Assembly: GCA_964454795.1 (NCBI GenBank)
Contig: CAYVUM010000002.1
Location: 2,030 to 66,029 of the forward strand
DNA from: an uncultured Rhodospirillaceae bacterium
Lineage (GTDB): Bacteria; Pseudomonadota; Alphaproteobacteria; Rhodospirillales; Defluviicoccaceae
Direction of reading: 5' to 3'
Length of the DNA stretch: 64,000 nt
This document shows positions 57,882 to 64,000 of this stretch, piece after piece (the stretch's first letter is position 1; the number at the start of each line of letters is the position of its first letter). Under the pieces are notes generated by a model. The model was not told the origin of the DNA and made no database searches. It saw nothing but the letters and a program-made list of their open reading frames with translations. The translations under genes were made by a program, and so were the position numbers.

Positions 57882-60656
57882 TCATGACAGGATGGCGTGG
57901 ACCTTCTCGAGCAGCGCCTCGCGCCGGTACGGTTTCTGGAGGAACGGATAACCGCTGTCGGAGAGCCGGGCTGCTGTCTCCGAGGACGGATAGCCGGATG
58001 TGAACAATACCCGGGCCCCGGGCCGGGACTTCAGCACCTCGCGGGCCAGCGCGTTTCCGTCCACCCCTTCGCGCAGAACGATATCGGTGAACAGCAGGTC
58101 GAGCTCGGGCATGGTCTCCAGGCAGCGGCGCGCCTCTTCGGCGCTGGCCGCCTCGCGAACCACGTAGCCGTTGCGCTGAAGCACCCGCACAGCCGTCCGG
58201 CGCACCCGCTCGTCGTCCTCGACCACAAGGATGACGGCGTGATCCGCATCCACGGTGGGTATCGCCGGCGATTTCGGGTCCTCTGCGCTCTCGCCCTCCG
58301 CCTCCGTCTGCGGCAGATAGATCAGCATCGAGGTGCCGGCATCGGGGGCGCTGTCGACGACGATATGGCCGCCCGACTGGGTAACGAAGCCGTAGACCAT
58401 GCTGAGGCCGAGACCGCTGCCTTTGCCGAAGCCCTTGGTGGTGAAGAACGGCTCGAAGATCCGTTCGACCACGTCCGGGCTCATGCCGCAGCCGGTGTCG
58501 GTGACGGCGATCCGAACGTACTGTCCTGGCGGCGGCCCCGTCTGGTCCGGGTCGGGGGCCGCATCGACGATGACGTTGTGGGTGGCCAGGGTGACCACGC
58601 CGCCGTCAGGCATCGCGTCGCGGGCGTTGACCACGAGGTTGACGATAGCGCTTTCCAGCTGACCGCGATCGATCATCGTCATCCACAGACCTTCGGCCAG
58701 GATCTCGCGGATGGCGATCCGGTCGCCCAGGGTCCGGCGGAGCAGGTCGGTCATTTCCCCGATCACCACGTTGACATTGGTGTTCTTGGGATTGAGCCGT
58801 TGGCGACGGGCGAAAGCGAGGAGGCGGTTGGTCAGCTCGCTGCCCCGCTCCACCGACCAGATGGCATCGGCGATCAGCTCGTGGCGCTCATCGCCGGGGT
58901 CGAGCTCTTCGTCGAGGAGCTGCAGGTTGCCCAGAATGATGGCGAGCAGATTGTTGAAATCGTGGGCAATGCCGCCGGTCAGCTCGCCCACGGCCTTCAT
59001 CTTTTGAGCCGTCCGCAGCCGCTCCTCGTTGGCCTTGCGCTCGGTGATGTCCTCCTTGACCGCCACGTAGTGGGTGACCTTGCCGCGAACGTCGCGAACC
59101 GGGGCGATCGATGCCAGCTCCCAGAACAGCTCGCCGCTCTTTTTCTTGTTGTAGAGTTCCCCGCTCCAGACCCCGCCGGCAGCGATCGTCCGCCACAACG
59201 CCTGATAGGTCTCAGGCGGCGTCAGCCCGGACTTGAGAATGCTGGGGTTTTTACCGACAACTTCTGCATATGTGTAGCCAGTCGCTTCCGTAAACTTCGG
59301 GTTCACATATTCGATCCGACCGGTGACGTCGGTGATCACCACCGACACCGGGCTCTGCTCAATGGCCTGGAACAGCTTGCGCAGGTCGCCCTCGGCCCGG
59401 CGGTGCGCGGAGATGTCGCGGATGAACAGAAGAAACTGATCCTCGCCGTCCCAGCGCATGGGAATGGCCTGCATCTCGGCGTAGGCAACGCCGCCGCCGG
59501 GCTTGAGGATCTCGATCTCGGCCACATCGCCAGCGACGATTGGAAAGCCAAAGGGCTCGCCGATCAGCTGCTCGGAGGACGTTCCAAATAACGCTTCCGC
59601 CGCCTGGTTGACGAAACGGATCCGGTCTTCGGCATCGACCACCATGGTCGCTTCGGCCTGCAGGGCGATGATCGAACGCCACCGGGCCTCGCTGTCCCGA
59701 ACCGACTGTTCGGCCTTCTTCTGCTCGGTGACATCATCGTAGAGGGTGACGACCTCGCCGCCCGGCAGCCGGAAGACGTAGGTATCCCGCCACCCGCAGA
59801 CCCGGTCGTTTTGATAGTAGCGGACCGGCAGACGCTCCGGTTCGCCGGTGCGCGCAACCCGGCGCATCACCTTCGGCAGTCCGTAATCCTCGAGTCCCGG
59901 GTAGACCCGGCTCAAGTAGGCGCCGACCACCTCGTCGGCGCTCACCGCGTCGATCCGCTCGGCAGCGCGGTTGAACGCGCGGATGACGAAGTCGCCGCTG
60001 GCATCATCCAGATCGACGATCATCGCGCCGCTGCGCATGGTGTCAAACAGCTCGCGAAACCGTGACTCGCCGGCATGAAGCCGGTCCATCAGCGGCGCGC
60101 CGAGGGTCTGGAACGTGAACACGCCAAGGGCGATCAGCAGACCGGCAATCACCACCGTGTAAATGCCCGACCGCACGAACGGCGTGCGCAGGTGCCAGAG
60201 GTCGACGGCGGCGATGACAATCAGACCACCGGACCCGGCCGGCGCATAGGCGCCGAGCACCGTTTTGCCCGTGGCATCGCGGCCGATCCTCGTGCCCGTC
60301 TCCCCCGCGAAAGCCGGCTCGAGCCAGCCGGGATCGCCCGCCGGTCCGGGGCCGAGCCCACCCTCGCGGCCGCGGCTCAGCACCACCTCCCGCCTCTGAC
60401 CGTCGGCGGTGACCAGGGCGGCCCAGCCCCTGTCTGCCACACCGGGAAGAAGCTCCAACGCCAGCGTTTCGGCGCCGCCGCCCTCGATCACGGCCGCGGC
60501 ACGATCGACCGTCTCCCTGAGGGTGGTACGTTCCCGGTTGAGGGCCGTTCCGTAAAACAGGGCCATGGCCACGCCGCCCACGGCGACAGCAACGACGGCG
60601 ACGATCAGCGAAAGCAGGTAGAGGGGCCGGTTGTCGCCGATTGCTTTCGTCCTCAG
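57882..60656 (-). CDS. hybrid sensor histidine kinase/response regulator (2 TM plus periplasmic loop, 3 PAS, HisKA, HATPase_c, REC)
   Basis: H-box GGIAHDFNNLLAIILGN, N/G boxes (NLVVNARDAMP, DTGCGM, GSGLGLSMVYG) and a C-terminal receiver (ILVVEDDERV...LLFTDIVL...TSGY). The track ORF starts at GTG 60581, in the middle of the first TM helix. I extended it to the in-frame CTG at 60656 (see finding). Confidence 0.88.
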   Translation of the reverse strand: MRTKAIGDNRPLYLLSLIVAVVAVAVGGVAMALFYGTALNRERTTLRETVDRAAAVIEGGGAETLALELLPGVADRGWAALVTADGQRREVVLSRGREGGLGPGPAGDPGWLEPAFAGETGTRIGRDATGKTVLGAYAPAGSGGLIVIAAVDLWHLRTPFVRSGIYTVVIAGLLIALGVFTFQTLGAPLMDRLHAGESRFRELFDTMRSGAMIVDLDDASGDFVIRAFNRAAERIDAVSADEVVGAYLSRVYPGLEDYGLPKVMRRVARTGEPERLPVRYYQNDRVCGWRDTYVFRLPGGEVVTLYDDVTEQKKAEQSVRDSEARWRSIIALQAEATMVVDAEDRIRFVNQAAEALFGTSSEQLIGEPFGFPIVAGDVAEIEILKPGGGVAYAEMQAIPMRWDGEDQFLLFIRDISAHRRAEGDLRKLFQAIEQSPVSVVITDVTGRIEYVNPKFTEATGYTYAEVVGKNPSILKSGLTPPETYQALWRTIAAGGVWSGELYNKKKSGELFWELASIAPVRDVRGKVTHYVAVKEDITERKANEERLRTAQKMKAVGELTGGIAHDFNNLLAIILGNLQLLDEELDPGDERHELIADAIWSVERGSELTNRLLAFARRQRLNPKNTNVNVVIGEMTDLLRRTLGDRIAIREILAEGLWMTMIDRGQLESAIVNLVVNARDAMPDGGVVTLATHNVIVDAAPDPDQTGPPPGQYVRIAVTDTGCGMSPDVVERIFEPFFTTKGFGKGSGLGLSMVYGFVTQSGGHIVVDSAPDAGTSMLIYLPQTEAEGESAEDPKSPAIPTVDADHAVILVVEDDERVRRTAVRVLQRNGYVVREAASAEEARRCLETMPELDLLFTDIVLREGVDGNALAREVLKSRPGARVLFTSGYPSSETAARLSDSGYPFLQKPYRREALLEKVHAILS

Positions 60657-61066
60657 TCCGCCGTGTCCTGACCGCCCTGGAGGGCCGGGGTCGCGACGGC
60701 GTGGGCGAGCGTCTCCCGCAGCCGGCTGACGGTGACCGGTTTGCTGAGCGTCCGCACCGATTTCAGGCCCTTGTATTCAGCCAGGAGCCGGGCGTTAACC
60801 GCATATTGCGGGGAAAACCCGGTAATAATGATGATCGCGGCATCGCACTTCTGCTGCACCAGCCAGAGGACCAGCTCATTTCCATCGATCTCCGGCATGA
60901 CCATGTCGATCACCACCACATCGGGCTTGCGCCGGCCATAGGCCTCGATGAAATCGCGGCCATGGCAGGTGATTTCCACCTCGAAGCCCATCGGCCTCGC
61001 GACTTTTCCGACGAAGGCCGCAAACTTCGGCTCGTCGTCGACAATCAGCAGGCGTTTTTCCGGCAT
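60653..61066 (-). CDS. single-domain response regulator (CheY-like receiver)
   Basis: MPEKRLLIVDDEP...PDVVVIDMVMPEIDG...AAIIIITG...LSKP. All canonical receiver residues (DD, D, T, K) are present. Confidence 0.88.
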   Translation of the reverse strand: MPEKRLLIVDDEPKFAAFVGKVARPMGFEVEITCHGRDFIEAYGRRKPDVVVIDMVMPEIDGNELVLWLVQQKCDAAIIIITGFSPQYAVNARLLAEYKGLKSVRTLSKPVTVSRLRETLAHAVATPALQGGQDTAD

Positions 61067-61436
61067 CGACCTCTCTCGCAATCGCGGGAGTTCCGGTTTT
61101 GATCGTCATCCCCGGTCCAGTCCAGGGGGCAAACTCGCCACAATCGGCCAGGTTACCCCCTCAATCATGGCGCGGAGGCGCCCTCGGCGCTAAAAGACCC
61201 CGACAGACTTACGCCGACGGCGCGATTGCACCAGCGCCGGGCCGTCGCGCACAATGACAGGCTCCTGCAACCTGACGATATCATAACCGAACAGGGGTCG
61301 CACGCGGCGACCCGCGCGCCGCTCAGGACCCTGGATTGCTGTCAGGATACGGCCGGCGGCCGTCCAATCCGTCCGGATGGAGGTCCGCTGTCGCGATCCA
61401 CCAACCCTCAACCGGCACGGACCCCCTGGTCATGCA

Positions 61437-62363
61437 ATGAACCGCTGCCGCATCATTCTGCTGGACCTGTCGCCGGGCCGGCCGCTGCTCGCGGCGATGT
61501 CCGACACGCTGTCGGGCCCGGGCCGGATGCAGCCCCGGTCGCTCATCGCGGCCCGGGCGATCAGCGATTTGCTGGCCCGACTGGAGGACGGCGTGGAAAC
61601 CGCTGTGGTTCTGGCCGCCCGGGAGGCCACGGCCGATTTCTGGCAGGCGCTGGCGCTGATCACCGAGCACGCCCCGGCAACGGCGGTCGTCGCCGTCCTG
61701 GCGGCGGCCGATCCCGATAACCGCGTGCTGGTCTCGCGGTGTCTGCAGGCTGGAGCCGATGACATGCTCACCGAAACCGAACTGGCGACACCGCTGGCTC
61801 ACCGGACCCTGCAACGGGCGATCGAACGCCGCCGCCACGACCGCGATCCCCGACGCGGGCGCAGCGCGCCGGCCGCTGAAGGCGGTGTTAAGGACTGGGC
61901 GTGGTCGCGCCGCCTCTATGGCAGCGGGCCGCTTGCGGTGAGCGAGCGAAGCCTCGGCACGTCCGATCTTTCGACCGTGGATCCGGTTACCTATGCCGAG
62001 ATCGTCGAGGAATACGGCCGTCTTCTCGACCGGTCGCTGGAACAGCAGGTCCACTGGAACCAGCACATGCTGAGCGAAGACGTCAGTGCGTTTGCCGACC
62101 GCCTCGGACTGCTCAGCGCCGGTCCCCGGGATGTCATCGAAATCCACAAGGCGGCGATCAACCCCCGGCTCGAAGAAAAATCAACGACAAAGATAAGGGC
62201 TTATGTCGATGAAGGACGATTGCTGATGTTAGAGGTCATGGGCTATTTAGTATCCTTCTACCGGCGCCTGACATGGGGAGGTCGGAACAGTTTCGAACGC
62301 CGGCACAGTCTGGAAAATGAGCCTGGCCAGCCGCCATTCGCCAAGGATGAAAACGATGAGTAA
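61437..62363 (+). CDS. pseudo-receiver domain protein with C-terminal KaiA/RsbU-like helical domain (KaiA-position gene)
   Basis: The N-terminus has a receiver-like beta/alpha pattern ([10 protein letters not shown]...AVVLAAREA...[10 protein letters not shown]...[12 protein letters not shown]). It lacks the phospho-acceptor Asp (VVLAAR) and the conserved Lys (TE instead of KP). The C-terminal segment [48 protein letters not shown] aligns, from memory, with S. elongatus KaiA ...KVVEIHMELMDEFAKKLRVEGRSEDILLDYRLTLIDVIAHLCEMYRRS and with the RsbU N-domain ...EIISIHRKVL...FLIEVMIGYGMAY. Its stop overlaps the kaiB start by 8 nt. Confidence 0.7.
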   Translation: MNRCRIILLDLSPGRPLLAAMSDTLSGPGRMQPRSLIAARAISDLLARLEDGVETAVVLAAREATADFWQALALITEHAPATAVVAVLAAADPDNRVLVSRCLQAGADDMLTETELATPLAHRTLQRAIERRRHDRDPRRGRSAPAAEGGVKDWAWSRRLYGSGPLAVSERSLGTSDLSTVDPVTYAEIVEEYGRLLDRSLEQQVHWNQHMLSEDVSAFADRLGLLSAGPRDVIEIHKAAINPRLEEKSTTKIRAYVDEGRLLMLEVMGYLVSFYRRLTWGGRNSFERRHSLENEPGQPPFAKDENDE

Positions 62364-62631
62364 GTTCTCACTCAAGCTCTATATCGCCGGTCGAACGGTG
62401 AGAACCGAACAGGCGATTGCGAATCTCCGGAAAATTTGTGAGACTGATTTAGCTGGCAAATACACGCTGGTCGTGATCGATGTTCTGGAACGGCCGCAAT
62501 TGGCCGAGAACGAGAAAATTCTCGCCACGCCGACGCTTGTCAAGGATCTGCCACCCCCGCTGCGCCGCATCGTCGGCGATCTTTCCGATCGGGAACAGGT
62601 CCTGGTCGGCCTCGATCTGGCCGAGATCTGA
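62356..62631 (+). CDS. kaiB: circadian clock protein KaiB
   Basis: [29 protein letters not shown]...[53 protein letters not shown] is near-diagnostic of KaiB (compare ...[49 protein letters not shown]). An AAGGA SD lies 8 nt upstream. Confidence 0.93.
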   Translation: MSKFSLKLYIAGRTVRTEQAIANLRKICETDLAGKYTLVVIDVLERPQLAENEKILATPTLVKDLPPPLRRIVGDLSDREQVLVGLDLAEI

Positions 62632-62670
62632 GCCCGTCCTCCGGTCCAAATCTGCGGAAATTGAACGTCG

Positions 62671-64000
62671 ATGAATAAGAATCTGGTTGAAAAAATCCCA
62701 ACGGGGATTCCCGGTCTCGACTTCATTGCTGATGGCGGCCTTCCCAAGGCTCGCACCGTCCTGGTCGCCGGATCGGCGGGCAGCGGCAAGACGGTGTTCG
62801 CGGCTCAGTACCTGGTCGAAGGGATTCGCCGCAACAACGAGGCGGGCGTTTTCGTGACCTTCGAGGAGCACCCCCGCGATATTCGCCGAAATGTCCTGCC
62901 GTTCGAATGGGACATACCCGGGTGGGAGAAGACCGGCCTCTGGACGTTCGTGGACGCCGCCCCCGAGCCTTCCCAGGATGTCACCATCGTCGGCGCCTAC
63001 GATTTCGGCGCGCTGCTCGCCCGCATCGAGCATGCGATCCGCTCGACCGGCGCGACCCGGATCGTCCTCGATTCGATCGGTGCCGTTTTCGGTCAGTTCT
63101 CGGACCACCGCCGTGTCCGCCATGAGCTGTTCCGGATCGTCTCCGCCATGCGGGAGATGGGGGTCACGGCCGTGCTCACCGCCGAACGGGTCGAGGAATA
63201 CGGCGGCATCGCCCGGCACTCGGTCGAGGAATTCGTCTCAGACGGAGTGATCATCCTCCGCAACGTTCTGGAGGAAGAGAAACGGCGGCGGACGATCGAA
63301 ATCCTTAAGTTCCGCGGCACCACCCACCACAAAGGCGAGTACCCGTTCACGATCATCCCGAACGAGGGGATCATCGTCATCCCGCTCTCCGCGATCGAGC
63401 TCCGCCAGCGCTCCGGGGATGTGCGGGTGACCTCCGGCAGTGCCGCGCTCGATGCGATGTGCGGCGGCGGCCTGTTCAAGGATTCGGTGATCCTGGTCTC
63501 CGGCGCCACCGGCACCGGCAAGACCCTGCTTGTGACCCATTTTGTCGCCGGAGGGGTCGCCGCCGGCGAACGCTGCCTGCTGTTCGCCTACGAGGAGAGC
63601 CGCGAACAGCTCGGCCGCAACGCCATCGGCTGGGGAACAGACTTCGACACCCTCGAACAGGAAGGCAAGCTGCGGGTGGTCTGCGAATACCCGGAGTCGG
63701 CCAGCATCGAGGACCACCTGATCCGCATCAAGGAACAGATCGAAGAGTTTCGCCCCGACCGCATCGCCATGGACAGCCTGTCGGCCCTGGAGCGGATCTC
63801 GACCCTGCGCGGCTTCCGGGAGTTCGTCCTTGGGGTCACCTCATTCTTTAAACACCAGGAAATCACCGGGCTGTTCACCTCCACCACCCCCACCCTGACC
63901 GGCGGAACGTCGGTCACCGAAACCCACATCTCCTCGATCACCGATATGATCGTTCTGCTCCGCTATGTGGAGCTGTTCGGCGAGATGCGCCGCGGCCTGA
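62671..64000 (+). CDS. kaiC: circadian clock protein KaiC (first ~443 aa; continues past window end)
   Basis: Hand translation from ATG 62671 stays open to the window end. CI: GIPGLDFIADGGLP, Walker A GSAGSGKT, FVTFEE, ERVEEYGGIARHSVEEFVSDGVIILRN, ILKFRGTTHHKGEYPF. CII: Walker A GATGTGKT, FAYEES, ETHISSITDMIVLLRYVE. It is absent from the ORF track because there is no stop in the window. Confidence 0.95.
   Translation, partial: MNKNLVEKIPTGIPGLDFIADGGLPKARTVLVAGSAGSGKTVFAAQYLVEGIRRNNEAGVFVTFEEHPRDIRRNVLPFEWDIPGWEKTGLWTFVDAAPEPSQDVTIVGAYDFGALLARIEHAIRSTGATRIVLDSIGAVFGQFSDHRRVRHELFRIVSAMREMGVTAVLTAERVEEYGGIARHSVEEFVSDGVIILRNVLEEEKRRRTIEILKFRGTTHHKGEYPFTIIPNEGIIVIPLSAIELRQRSGDVRVTSGSAALDAMCGGGLFKDSVILVSGATGTGKTLLVTHFVAGGVAAGERCLLFAYEESREQLGRNAIGWGTDFDTLEQEGKLRVVCEYPESASIEDHLIRIKEQIEEFRPDRIAMDSLSALERISTLRGFREFVLGVTSFFKHQEITGLFTSTTPTLTGGTSVTETHISSITDMIVLLRYVELFGEMRRGL

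Noticed and set aside
61190-61720. ORFs 61190..61411 (-) and 61226..61720 (+) in and around the receiver/kaiA-like intergenic region
   Set aside because: Their translations are Arg/Pro/Gly-rich. The plus ORF is out of frame with, and overlaps, the well-supported pseudo-receiver reading frame. The region is more plausibly a shared divergent promoter.

Overview
High-GC (about 67-70% by eye) chromosomal window with alphaproteobacterial-type gene order. It is mostly core housekeeping genes, and the coding calls below rest on motifs read from the supplied translations.

Contents in order:
- 5' edge: Calvin-cycle pair prk-tkt on the minus strand, facing a hemerythrin-like gene.
- DUF3422 protein and a Tat-exported amidohydrolase.
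- A lower-GC islet (about 7.5-10.8 kb) with a thiolase/DUF35 pair and tRNA-His.
- An FHA-SLT lytic transglycosylase, an ABC ATPase plus lipoprotein hydrolase, and polA.
- An RND efflux pair, msrPQ, a Ktr-type K+ uptake pair, GST, NfeD/stomatin and two LPS-type glycosyltransferases.
- The thrS-infC-rpmI-rplT-pheS-pheT block, an L,D-transpeptidase, glmU-glmS and gph.
- A long minus-strand envelope/replication string: ydcF, mltB-like, rlpA, dac, tmk, holB, metG, tatD, MBL.
- pcm.

The most interesting locus is at the 3' end (57.9-64.0 kb). A stand-alone receiver plus a triple-PAS hybrid histidine kinase are transcribed divergently from a three-gene clock-like cluster. That cluster is a 308-aa pseudo-receiver protein whose C-terminus resembles the KaiA/RsbU helical domain, translationally coupled to kaiB, followed by kaiC (cut by the window edge). 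A KaiA-position gene outside cyanobacteria is unexpected.

Other notable signals:
- A roughly 118-bp structured repeat family (3 copies) that supplies the last codons of one gene and brackets the low-GC islet.
- A perfect 29-bp x3 tandem repeat filling a convergent intergenic gap.
- Three genes with no canonical start codon where the protein must begin (infC ATA, tmk, the hybrid kinase).

Many long ORFs in the track are antisense shadows typical of high-GC DNA and were rejected.
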